A DNA stretch of 64,000 nt from a virus (lineage: Duplodnaviria; Caudoviricetes), in IMG/VR virus record IMGVR_UViG_3300031993_000004, positions 192,001-256,000 of that record; one strand, given 5' to 3'. The translations under genes and the position numbers were made by a program. Below the pieces are notes generated by a model, which saw only the letters and a list, made by a program, of their open reading frames with translations, made no database searches and was not told the DNA's origin. Position 1 is the stretch's first letter. Each line of letters starts with the position of its first letter. Below, in pieces: positions 28,990-37,944 of this stretch.

Positions 28990-29595
28990 TTATTCAGAAT
29001 CTTTCTGAAACTTCTTCAGAACAGAATCGATTTCTGCTTGCAACAAGGTGTACAAACTGTCGAGTTTCTGAAATTCACTCAGATTCTCTCCGTAACTCAA
29101 ATTCACGAACCTGTTGAGTACATAGTCCTTTGAATGATTGAGTGCGCGGTTCAATCGATTGATCGATTTGTCGTTTTGAGCAACGACATCACTTGGAAGA
29201 ATAGGCAAGATCGCCTGAAGATTATCAAGTGTCTCCTGAATCTCATCGTTCTTCGTCAACCATTGCTGGTAAAGCCTCTGATTCATTATATCATTGGCTT
29301 TCTGAGAAAGATGTTGATTCTGGGGTTCACCATTCTCACCGTCTTGTGAGTTATCTCCATTCTGGTCTTCGCCTTCACCTCCATTTTCATCGAAGCTTAA
29401 ATCCTCCATTCCGCCACCGGGTTCTGGTGGAAGATCATCAGCTCCCATGTCAGTCGGTGTTTGTTCGTTTGTCTGACCTTGTTGCTGATCTGATGCTTCT
29501 GCTGGAGGATCTTCTGAAGGTGTGAATGGTTCAAGCAGATCCCCGTCTGCTTCCATAACAGAATAGAACAAGTTCATATCATCCATCCTGAACAA
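28990..29595 (-). CDS. Acidic head-assembly protein (scaffold/core candidate)
   Basis: 201 aa; D/E/Q-rich N-half and helical C-half; directly upstream of the capsid gene. Confidence 0.5.
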   Translation of the reverse strand: MFRMDDMNLFYSVMEADGDLLEPFTPSEDPPAEASDQQQGQTNEQTPTDMGADDLPPEPGGGMEDLSFDENGGEGEDQNGDNSQDGENGEPQNQHLSQKANDIMNQRLYQQWLTKNDEIQETLDNLQAILPILPSDVVAQNDKSINRLNRALNHSKDYVLNRFVNLSYGENLSEFQKLDSLYTLLQAEIDSVLKKFQKDSE

Positions 29596-29610
29596 TCACC
29601 TCTTTCATGT

Positions 29611-32400
29611 TTAGTACGCCGATTTCGGATTCGCGAACCGTTGTTTGTGAGCAGCTGAAGACATATCAACAAGTTTCTGACGCATACGCATCAGTTTGTA
29701 CAACTCTTGGCGATCTGCCTCTGATTGCCGTTCACCCCATCTGCTTCCGCTTTTCAGATATTCGATCTTTTCATCGATAATCTGAATCTCAGTTGCAATT
29801 TCTCGATTTGCCTCTTTACGCAGGCGATCACGATCAAGCAGTTTTGCTCCTTCGACGCCAAGATCTAAGACGCCAAGCCAAGGAGCGATGGAATAGAACA
29901 ATGCGAACTTTCCAGTTTTAATTGCCAATCTTGATACCTTATAAAGCGCAGACCGGTAAGATGGATTTTCGACCAGATCCGCTTTCACACGGTCTTCATC
30001 TCTCTTGATGAAAGAATCAACCGTGGTGCGCAACCAATCTTTGGTTCTCCTTATCGGTTTCCTGATTGCTTTGCCGGTGTTCATGACTTTTTGTACACCG
30101 CGTTTCAGAGTTTGCTGCGCAGGTAGCGTAGCTCTGTCAACGTCCATAGCGGTCGTCAACATATCTCCCTTCGGAGGGTTGCCAGAAACCGATTCAACAA
30201 ATAGGGGCTCTTCGGAATTCAGAAGTGCGAACACCTCTTGAATACTTCTTCCGGTAGAAAAAGTATTTGAATCCTTAGAATTTGAAGAAGGTCTGGTATT
30301 ATCTTTATTGTTTGTGGGTGTATTATTAGAGGTGGGATTTGTCTGCTGATGAGAAGACAAATCATTGTGATTTGTGACATTTGACGTCTTTGATCTGTTG
30401 GACAGATCGTTGTTCGTCGTTGTATTGTGAGAATTTGTGTAGTTGTTCGTGATGTTGTAAACAACCGTACCAGGCCCAGCTTGTGAAGCCGGTTTCACTT
30501 CGCCTTTGTAATCCGCTCCAAGCATATCTCCGAGCGATTTGGCATTAACATCCAATCTCGCGTCGATAGATGCTGCTAAATCTTCCGGTTTATTTGCAGG
30601 AATGTCAGGAGGAAGCTGGATGTCCGTAATCATCGGATCAATCTCACCAGTTGCATCCATTCGATTCCGCATATATTCCGGAACTTCGATGTCATCATCG
30701 TCATCGTTGTCATCAGCATATGCAGAAGCCGTAGAACGTTTCTTCTGTTGCTGTTTAGGTTCCTCTTCGACTTTCTTGCGTTCGTCAGAGAGTCCGAGAC
30801 GGGCTTGGATGTATCGTGGCATCTCACCATTCTCTGCAGCTTCCTGAACCAGAGAATACGATTCGGTCGTCAGCCACTTTGCAATTGTAATCGCAGACGA
30901 ACCCATGTTGTACAATGTGTCACCGATTGTCTCGATGTCTGCGTCAAGTGCATCATGGAATGATTCACAATATCTCATATCAGAAATCGAAAGGTCGCCA
31001 AGTTCCTTCATAATTTGCAACGCATATTCGGCAACCTGTGAAGAACCTTCGATCGAAGTCTTGGTTTCCTTTTTCTTTTGATATGGATTCACGGCATGCG
31101 AATTCTGATTGATTCTGCCACGAATACGTTTGATGAATCCATCCAGTGTCTCAGCTTCTTTCTTCTTCTCATCCATCACATGATACAGGATCGTGAAATA
31201 GATATGTGAGTCAAAGATATTGAACGTGGTGAGCAATGTGTTATTTGAGATGATCGCGTTCTCATTGTTTGCCAAATTCAATTTGAAGAAGTCTTCCAGG
31301 AATTGGATTGTTCCTTCCTTATCCGTTTTGAACGTAGAGAACAAATCGATTCTTCCAAATCGCTTTGCTCCTTCATTCTGACGCATAATGGATGTATACG
31401 ATTTCGTGTAATCCTTGAATTCAGCCTTATCGGTTTCCGCAACCTTATCAGGATTCACGAATACACGAACAAGAATTGCAGGAACGACAGCATCTCTGAA
31501 TGCACCAGGATTAATCGTTGCCGTTTTAAATAGTGCAGCCAGATCATCCGTGTCGTCACATGCACGCAGACGATGCAACATGTCATCAATTGATGCAGTG
31601 AACTGCTTTGAGACGTGCCACTTTCCTTTGCTATACCGGATTCCTTCAACCGCAGTTGTGAAGTAATCGATCTTCGCAGCTTCCTGAACATTCTCATTGA
31701 TTACAATAGTGCAGTTCTCCAGATCACCAAATGACTGAAACCGTTGGATTTCAGTATCAGGTTCCATCTCTTCCGGAAGCTTGATTTGATCATTATCAAA
31801 GACGCTGTTGATGTAGTCTGCGGCATCAAACAACTTATATTCACCGGGAAGCTTTGCAATTGATTCAAGCTCCGGCATCGGAATCGGAGATGTGAATGTC
31901 GTGATTGCTTCACGATATCCGGAAGGTTTGGTAAACAACTCGAATGAATAGATACCATTCATCAACGATTCATATTTGTCAAAGTTGTTGGTGATGTACT
32001 GAAGCACTTTGAAACCGATAAATGCATGGAACATATCAGATGCACTCTTATCATCACCGGATATGATCTGCACCCATGGATTCGTGGCATCACCAGGTTC
32101 TTCCTCAACGGCTTCCTTGACGCCCTCATCGGGTGTTACCGGAGTAGGAGTTGCGGCTTTCTCCGTTACGAGACGCTTCAATGTATTCAGCGTTTCAACT
32201 GCTTTATTCGGATCTTCAATCCAAGATGGTTCAACGTTGTTCAGCCATGACAATGTACGTGCCATGATACGATCCAATTCGAAATCGTTGTCAACAACGG
32301 GAAACGATTTTGTTTTAAACCCAGATGCAAAGAAGTTGTTCATTGAATCAATTGCAACTTTGATGTTATCAAAGTACCGTTTATTGATAACAATCTGCAT
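29611..32400 (-). CDS. Large putative inner-head protein
   Basis: 929 aa; VKE|A, VQE|A (twice), IQE|V, FVE|S motifs; N/T/S low-complexity tract. Confidence 0.6.
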   Translation of the reverse strand: MQIVINKRYFDNIKVAIDSMNNFFASGFKTKSFPVVDNDFELDRIMARTLSWLNNVEPSWIEDPNKAVETLNTLKRLVTEKAATPTPVTPDEGVKEAVEEEPGDATNPWVQIISGDDKSASDMFHAFIGFKVLQYITNNFDKYESLMNGIYSFELFTKPSGYREAITTFTSPIPMPELESIAKLPGEYKLFDAADYINSVFDNDQIKLPEEMEPDTEIQRFQSFGDLENCTIVINENVQEAAKIDYFTTAVEGIRYSKGKWHVSKQFTASIDDMLHRLRACDDTDDLAALFKTATINPGAFRDAVVPAILVRVFVNPDKVAETDKAEFKDYTKSYTSIMRQNEGAKRFGRIDLFSTFKTDKEGTIQFLEDFFKLNLANNENAIISNNTLLTTFNIFDSHIYFTILYHVMDEKKKEAETLDGFIKRIRGRINQNSHAVNPYQKKKETKTSIEGSSQVAEYALQIMKELGDLSISDMRYCESFHDALDADIETIGDTLYNMGSSAITIAKWLTTESYSLVQEAAENGEMPRYIQARLGLSDERKKVEEEPKQQQKKRSTASAYADDNDDDDDIEVPEYMRNRMDATGEIDPMITDIQLPPDIPANKPEDLAASIDARLDVNAKSLGDMLGADYKGEVKPASQAGPGTVVYNITNNYTNSHNTTTNNDLSNRSKTSNVTNHNDLSSHQQTNPTSNNTPTNNKDNTRPSSNSKDSNTFSTGRSIQEVFALLNSEEPLFVESVSGNPPKGDMLTTAMDVDRATLPAQQTLKRGVQKVMNTGKAIRKPIRRTKDWLRTTVDSFIKRDEDRVKADLVENPSYRSALYKVSRLAIKTGKFALFYSIAPWLGVLDLGVEGAKLLDRDRLRKEANREIATEIQIIDEKIEYLKSGSRWGERQSEADRQELYKLMRMRQKLVDMSSAAHKQRFANPKSAY

Positions 32401-32419
32401 TGTGATATTTCAACTCCTT

Positions 32420-32938
32420 TCATGTATAACTGTCGATGTATTTGATTCGGGTATACATCTGACCCAGTTGGTTGTACGTAATACCGACAACAACATTCTG
32501 CATATCTTTTTGATGATATGTGAGTGTTTCGGATCCGGAGATCCGAATAATCAGTGCAGGATGTCCATCTTCTGTAATGTCGTTATATACATCAACCGTG
32601 ATTCCAACATAACCAAGTACGTTCAGCTGGTCATCCAGCTTACTTTTGATCGTGTTTGGAATTGTTCTGTCATCGGAATATTCATGCAGATATTGTTCAA
32701 TGTCGATCCCCAGTTCGGGGATCGAAGGAAATTGTCCTGGTTTCATTTTGAGCAACATCAGAATGGAATTCACGCACATTTGGAATGTCGACAAAACCTT
32801 GGGTTTGCTCATTTCATCGGCATCAAACAACACGTCATATCCGAGGGTCTGTAAAACCCTCGGATATTTCGTATCAATTTCTGCCAGATAGATACCAGTC
32901 TGATCAAGCATGAGGATCACCTCATTTGAGACCAGCAT
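32420..32938 (-). CDS. Baseplate wedge protein, T4 gp25-like
   Basis: ILMLLKMKPGQFPSIPELGIDIEQYLHE matches the gp25-family L.t.pGe.p..P.fG pattern. Confidence 0.7.
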   Translation of the reverse strand: MLVSNEVILMLDQTGIYLAEIDTKYPRVLQTLGYDVLFDADEMSKPKVLSTFQMCVNSILMLLKMKPGQFPSIPELGIDIEQYLHEYSDDRTIPNTIKSKLDDQLNVLGYVGITVDVYNDITEDGHPALIIRISGSETLTYHQKDMQNVVVGITYNQLGQMYTRIKYIDSYT

Positions 32939-33809
32939 TCATCAGAATGCTCAGAGCTTCACGGCGGATTTCACCACGAAGCGGAATGTGCATCTTGCTG
33001 CCGTCATTCTGCTCAACGACAATTGCTTCATTCTGCAGTCCCATGATTTCTGCAGGAGAAATCTGGAAGGATTCGCAGATTGCACGCATGTCTTCAGACT
33101 CTTCTGCGCAATACTTTCCGAGTTCCTTCAGGAAAATGACGCATCCTTCTGCATCAGGCTGGAGAATTGCGCTTTCCTGGTGAACAATCGGAGAGATATC
33201 GCCGTCAGCACCTTCGTGAGATGGATAGTCAACAAGGTCGTAGCAGATGACCTTTGTGACACGCATGTTCGGCTGATTGTAACCGGCATTCGGAATCATA
33301 GTTCCGAGCAAACGAACAGAGAAAGACGGAACCATTCCCAGGTCGACAATCTCTTGTGCAACCTGGCGACCGCATTCACAACCAGGATCGGTTGTAATGA
33401 TTGCCTTATACTTACTGCCTTCGAGACGATTGTTCCGAATGATATGGGAACAACGAGTCGGTTCCGGAATTGTCATTCGGATATCGGTGAGACGTTGGCC
33501 GGCAATTTCCGGATTCGGGTGATTCAACTCACCCCGCCACTTGTTATGGCGCTTCAGCTCAGCAATGCGTTCGTCCTTAGCGACGACAGCACAGTAGTTG
33601 ACAGGGTCGTATCTGCGGTGCATTCTGTTGTAACAGTCAAAAGTTTGAACAGTTGAGTCAAACTCGACATATGCATGCCCGTCCACTGAACGGAACAGCT
33701 TGTATCCACGCGGATCAACTCTGTAATCCACGAGACCACACTCAACAGGTGCTTCCTGAACATAGCATGCTGTCTCATACTTGTTCGTCTGTGTGCTTTT
33801 CAATGGCAT
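32922..33809 (-). CDS. Prohead maturation protease (T4 gp21 type)
   Basis: NRMHRRY, GELNHP, SFSVRLLG and YDLVDYPSH motifs; AAGGAGG RBS; own YVQE|A and VHQE|S sites flank the core. Confidence 0.85.
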   Translation of the reverse strand: MPLKSTQTNKYETACYVQEAPVECGLVDYRVDPRGYKLFRSVDGHAYVEFDSTVQTFDCYNRMHRRYDPVNYCAVVAKDERIAELKRHNKWRGELNHPNPEIAGQRLTDIRMTIPEPTRCSHIIRNNRLEGSKYKAIITTDPGCECGRQVAQEIVDLGMVPSFSVRLLGTMIPNAGYNQPNMRVTKVICYDLVDYPSHEGADGDISPIVHQESAILQPDAEGCVIFLKELGKYCAEESEDMRAICESFQISPAEIMGLQNEAIVVEQNDGSKMHIPLRGEIRREALSILMNAGLK

Positions 33810-33834
33810 AACCTTAACCTCCTTCTTTATAGTA

Positions 33835-35118
33835 TTATACTTCGGACGATGCATTCAGAAGTTTGTCAACAACGTCATTGATTCGCTGCATGATATACAC
33901 CGCAACAAAGCAGATGTATGCTTTGACAATAACGTCATTTGGTTCACCGTATTTCCGCTGCATCGGAATGATAACCGGTCTGCCGGGAATGGCACGGTCA
34001 ACCGCCGTTGGAAACTTTGTAATGCGTCCCATGTATTTGCTGGTGTTAATATCGACAAGACGATTTCCTTCCTTTGTAATGAATACAAATAGGATCAGAT
34101 CAATCAGTCTGCCGATATCTTGTTTTTCGACTTTCTGCGCAAATTTGTACAGAACTTCCGGTTGTTTGATTGCTTTCAGATTGCAGACGGCTTTGTACGA
34201 AGGATTCATTCTCCGGTACAAGTCATCACCATTTGAAATACGCCGCAACAAATTCACACGGATCTTTGTCAGTTCCAATGTTTCAACCGTTGTCGTATCG
34301 TCCGTATCTTCTGCAACAGAATTATTTGCTTCAACGTCGGCGTAGTAACGTTGTGCAAGTGTTCTCATGTTTTGGCGGAATGTGTTTCGAACACGATTCA
34401 ACATATCGGCCAAAATCTGAGGAGTCAAACCCAGACCAATCCGGGTACGATAGAATGCATAACATGTTTCAATGGATTCACCAATCCACGTGACCATGTT
34501 CTCATCCTTCACGATGTTCCACGAACGGTCGAGGTGCATGTAAGTATACTCCATAACAGACGGGATTGGAGGTGAAGGGAATGACATTGCAAATGACATC
34601 TGGTATGACGTCAAACCGTATTGCTGACGTGCGGAATCACGCAAACGATTTCGTCCACGATTTCCGTCGCGTCCAATCGTAAGCGTATCATTCTTTGGAT
34701 CGACCGCCGTAATAGAATCCGAATAGATCAACGCCATTACGTGAATGATGTTCGTCGGATACGCAACGATCGAATTCCAGTCAGATGCATTGACGTGTTT
34801 CTGAAGAATGTCCTTGATGAGTTTCTTCATCTCAAGTGGAGTGAATCCAAACAATCCCAACACATCATCAACATATCGACGAGGATAGATAACCTTCGTA
34901 GTTGGAAATTGTTTTGCAAGCATTTCAGCATTGAGATCAATGAACTCATTTCCCAAATCCAGATATTTTTTCAATCCAGATGGAGATTTCAGAACCTTGA
35001 TAACAGGATCCAACAGTTTCTCTTGGATCTCAATGCGTCCTTCATCGCTCAGTGTAGACTCTTGGATGAAATGCATTGCCTCCTCTTCAGATAAAAAGGA
35101 TTGCTCCATGACAAACAT
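33835..35118 (-). CDS. Hypothetical virion protein
   Basis: 427 aa; N-terminal FIQE|S motif. Confidence 0.65.
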   Translation of the reverse strand: MFVMEQSFLSEEEAMHFIQESTLSDEGRIEIQEKLLDPVIKVLKSPSGLKKYLDLGNEFIDLNAEMLAKQFPTTKVIYPRRYVDDVLGLFGFTPLEMKKLIKDILQKHVNASDWNSIVAYPTNIIHVMALIYSDSITAVDPKNDTLTIGRDGNRGRNRLRDSARQQYGLTSYQMSFAMSFPSPPIPSVMEYTYMHLDRSWNIVKDENMVTWIGESIETCYAFYRTRIGLGLTPQILADMLNRVRNTFRQNMRTLAQRYYADVEANNSVAEDTDDTTTVETLELTKIRVNLLRRISNGDDLYRRMNPSYKAVCNLKAIKQPEVLYKFAQKVEKQDIGRLIDLILFVFITKEGNRLVDINTSKYMGRITKFPTAVDRAIPGRPVIIPMQRKYGEPNDVIVKAYICFVAVYIMQRINDVVDKLLNASSEV

Positions 35119-35139
35119 ATTGGATCATCCTTTCTGAAC

Positions 35140-35694
35140 TCAGCGGCGATTCTTCTTCTTTTTACCGTAGTATGGTTTCTCTTCTTTGGTCTCCTCGACA
35201 GGAGTTTCCTCTGCCGGAGTTTCTTCGATCACGTCGACTGCTTCGAGCGACTCTTCGATTGCCGGAGCTTCCTGCTCTTCAGTGAAAGTTGTGATTTCCT
35301 CTTCCGGAACATCAACGATCTCTTCAGGCTCGACAGCAGGTGCCGTCTCTTCAACAGCAACTTCCGGAGTGAGATATGGCGTGAGAGTCGGAACCTCGAA
35401 CTTCGGTTCTTCCGGGACAGGTTCGACCGGAACTTCACTCTTCGGAACGACAGCCGATGCAACGACCGGTGCCGGAGTTTCTGCAGGTTTGGCGGTCTTT
35501 TTCGCGGGAGGTTTTGCTTTCATAAAGTATCTCGGCGTAATCAGCTCGCCAGTGGTAGCAGAGTAGACCTTAACACCGTTCATATTCAGCAAGCGACGAA
35601 TGCTGTTCTCATTGAGATCAACACCACGTGCCGGAAGAATGCCGATGCCAGCGATAGCTCCGCGTCCAGTAACGTTAACTTTCATGATTAACAT
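35140..35694 (-). CDS. Hypothetical protein with Glu/Pro-rich tail and basic C-terminus
   Basis: 184 aa; E/P/V/T low-complexity region; ends KKKKNRR. Confidence 0.65.
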   Translation of the reverse strand: MLIMKVNVTGRGAIAGIGILPARGVDLNENSIRRLLNMNGVKVYSATTGELITPRYFMKAKPPAKKTAKPAETPAPVVASAVVPKSEVPVEPVPEEPKFEVPTLTPYLTPEVAVEETAPAVEPEEIVDVPEEEITTFTEEQEAPAIEESLEAVDVIEETPAEETPVEETKEEKPYYGKKKKNRR

Positions 35695-35701
35695 CCTTTC
35701 T

Positions 35702-36454
35702 TTAAATAGATTCTCGATTGATATCCTTCATGTTCGCATGAAGTCTTTCAATGCTATAGTAAGATTCTGAAATCAGATCTGTCTTGATGCCCATGGCAGC
35801 AAGATACAAATCTGTCTGCAGCACAGTTGGCTTATCATAGACACCCGTCTTGATATCTTCCAACTTCACAGATCCCGTTCGAGAGATCTCTTCGAGCATA
35901 TTATCATACTCTGTGACGTTGTCTCCACGTGCTCCAGAGATTTCAGACAGAATCACATCGGCACCTGCACCTGCAAGCAGTTCATTCTCAACACCTGTCG
36001 TGGTACCTGCTTTGGAATCACCCTTAACAGCACCAGTATTTTCATCACGATCCGTATCAGTGATCGTCAGACCCGTCTTCTTCATGACCATCTGCTGCGG
36101 ACGTTTTATGTTGAGATAACCGACAAGCACAGGCTCCTTGGTTCTTACAGGTCGGTTGGGGTCAGATGACAAGTGTGGCATGTATACATACTCGAAAAGT
36201 GGAATCCCGAGAATATTCGCAGCATTCTCGATGTTCTCGAATTTCAATCTTCGAGACTCCGGGCCAAACTCTTCGATATCCACACGAATATTTGATTTCG
36301 GATCCGCAAGGAATCCTCTGATCCATTGGTCGAATTGTTCATCTGACATAGGCTGGAACATTCGACGATATTTCTCAGCATTCTTTCCAGAAATATCCAA
36401 TGCCCGCAAAACTTTGTCGATCAACTCTTCAACTTTCTTCCGTTTGTCAGTCAT
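35702..36454 (-). CDS. Phage multisubunit RNA polymerase, beta-subunit C-terminal fragment (probably virion RNAP)
   Basis: PVLVGYLNIKRPQQMVMKK...TGAVKGDSKAG...GVENELLAGAGADVILSEISGARGDN parallels RpoB C-terminal VTVGYMYMLKL...GEME..LEAYGA...LQE....KSDD; AGGAGG RBS. Confidence 0.8.
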   Translation of the reverse strand: MTDKRKKVEELIDKVLRALDISGKNAEKYRRMFQPMSDEQFDQWIRGFLADPKSNIRVDIEEFGPESRRLKFENIENAANILGIPLFEYVYMPHLSSDPNRPVRTKEPVLVGYLNIKRPQQMVMKKTGLTITDTDRDENTGAVKGDSKAGTTTGVENELLAGAGADVILSEISGARGDNVTEYDNMLEEISRTGSVKLEDIKTGVYDKPTVLQTDLYLAAMGIKTDLISESYYSIERLHANMKDINRESI

Positions 36455-36479
36455 TTGTACTCCTCCTTTCGTACAAAAG

Positions 36480-36493
36480 TTACTGAAACGTTT
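36480..36493 (-). promoter_or_regulatory. Putative late promoter AAAC-N7-TAA
   Basis: AAAC-GTTTCAG-TAA just upstream of the RBS; same spacing at 37894, 43320, 61536. Confidence 0.6.
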
Positions 36494-36516
36494 CATAGTA
36501 TAATAGTGTGATATTA

Positions 36517-36540
36517 CAGAGAGGGCCGAAGCCCTCTCTG
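36517..36540 (-). terminator. Terminator hairpin
   Basis: CAGAGAGGGC-cgaa-GCCCTCTCTG. Confidence 0.8.
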
Positions 36541-36562
36541 CAAATAGTACTCGTATCAGAGC

Positions 36563-37864
36563 TTAAGTTTTGTTGAGCTTTCTTGCCAACTTGACAACGA
36601 GATTATATCGTTTAGATGAGAAATTTTCCTTGAGGTCCAGCATGATCTGATTCCAGTCGTCTTCTGTCATATCTTTGGTTGGGTTTGTTGGAATAGATTC
36701 GACATATTTTCCATTCTGGTATGGCTCAAATAACCATTTGTTGGGTTGTTTACATGCCAACATGATATCTTTTACAATACCCGTCGCTTGGGGATCCGCG
36801 TATAATTGGAAGCATATCAATTTACGGAGTTCGTCTCCGTTTTTCTCCTTTATCCATTTACGAATGGTAGGAGTCAACCCATCTTCAGAAATTTGGTCAT
36901 TATCGTCAGATGTTTTTTCAACACCAGGTTCACGCATGATATCATTAATGTCATCATCAAAATCGGGATTATCAGGAACATCATTGTTATTAACATAAGA
37001 TATTAATTGCAGATACAGCGACATCCACCGAATTTTCAGCATGATATGTTTGTACATATCCGATACGTATTTATCAATTGCACGTATCATTCTCTCTTTC
37101 GAAATAGTTTGTTTCCCCATATCTAACACATCATGAGTATCTCCATATTGATCCAAATCATCATGCGTGATCGTGTCAACGACAGCATTAATCTTTTTCA
37201 CAACCTTAATAGATGCATCAAAATTTTGTTGCATTTCTGCGATGGAATGAATAAATTGCCCTTTTGTGACTAATTTAAAATAGTTCGGATTGGGCGGATG
37301 TCCATTCTTTGCGTTTTGTAAGTCATTCTCCAAATATGCTATGCCGTCTTTCATAGTACTGAGAGAGCTGGACCAGCTTCCATCAAAATTATTTTGGAAT
37401 AATCCGGCATAAACTTGATCAATGAATATATCATTGAATACGAAATTTTTGTCAATTTTGTTCAGAAATTCCTGCTGCTTCTCTGTATCATTTTTAAAAT
37501 CATTAAAAAATTCATCATTCAATGGAACGGGAATTATCGGCGTATCATCAGGCACGTTATATCTCTTAACAATGGCTTTCGCAGTTCTATTTAATTTAAA
37601 CTGAGAAAGCTTGATGACGATACGTTGGCACATTTGCTTGATAAAACGTACCAGTTTTGCGATGATGTTTGTTTTCCGGATAGTTTTCGAACCATCGGTC
37701 GTTGCTTCTTGAAAAATGCCGAATGCGCTCAAGTCATCATCTTCAGCATATTCCATCAACACAAGCATCTTGTCATATGATTCAATCAATGACTCATATA
37801 CTGCGTCTTCAGCTTCTGTAGCTGCAGTTTGAATGTCATCAATTTTCAATAACAGTTCATTCAT
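36563..37864 (-). CDS. Putative inner-head protein (propeptide paralog family) with AT-rich cargo region
   Basis: 433 aa; leader ending IFQE|A; AAGGAG RBS. Confidence 0.65.
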   Translation of the reverse strand: MNELLLKIDDIQTAATEAEDAVYESLIESYDKMLVLMEYAEDDDLSAFGIFQEATTDGSKTIRKTNIIAKLVRFIKQMCQRIVIKLSQFKLNRTAKAIVKRYNVPDDTPIIPVPLNDEFFNDFKNDTEKQQEFLNKIDKNFVFNDIFIDQVYAGLFQNNFDGSWSSSLSTMKDGIAYLENDLQNAKNGHPPNPNYFKLVTKGQFIHSIAEMQQNFDASIKVVKKINAVVDTITHDDLDQYGDTHDVLDMGKQTISKERMIRAIDKYVSDMYKHIMLKIRWMSLYLQLISYVNNNDVPDNPDFDDDINDIMREPGVEKTSDDNDQISEDGLTPTIRKWIKEKNGDELRKLICFQLYADPQATGIVKDIMLACKQPNKWLFEPYQNGKYVESIPTNPTKDMTEDDWNQIMLDLKENFSSKRYNLVVKLARKLNKT

Positions 37865-37893
37865 ATTGAAGAGCTCCTTTCATGAGCAAATTT

Positions 37894-37907
37894 TTACTAA
37901 ACCGTTT
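37894..37907 (-). promoter_or_regulatory. Putative late promoter AAAC-N7-TAA
   Basis: AAAC-GGTTTAG-TAA between terminator and RBS. Confidence 0.6.
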
Positions 37908-37911
37908 GATT

Positions 37912-37936
37912 ATGATGGGGGCTTTCGCCCCCATCA
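37912..37936 (-). terminator. Terminator hairpin
   Basis: TGATGGGGGC-tttc-GCCCCCATCA. Confidence 0.8.
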
Positions 37937-37944
37937 CATCATTT

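Noticed and set aside
26610-29117. 835-aa plus-strand ORF antisense to the capsid gene
   Set aside because: Shadow ORF produced by the strong codon bias of the capsid gene; it starts inside a terminator hairpin, has no RBS and no recognisable motifs
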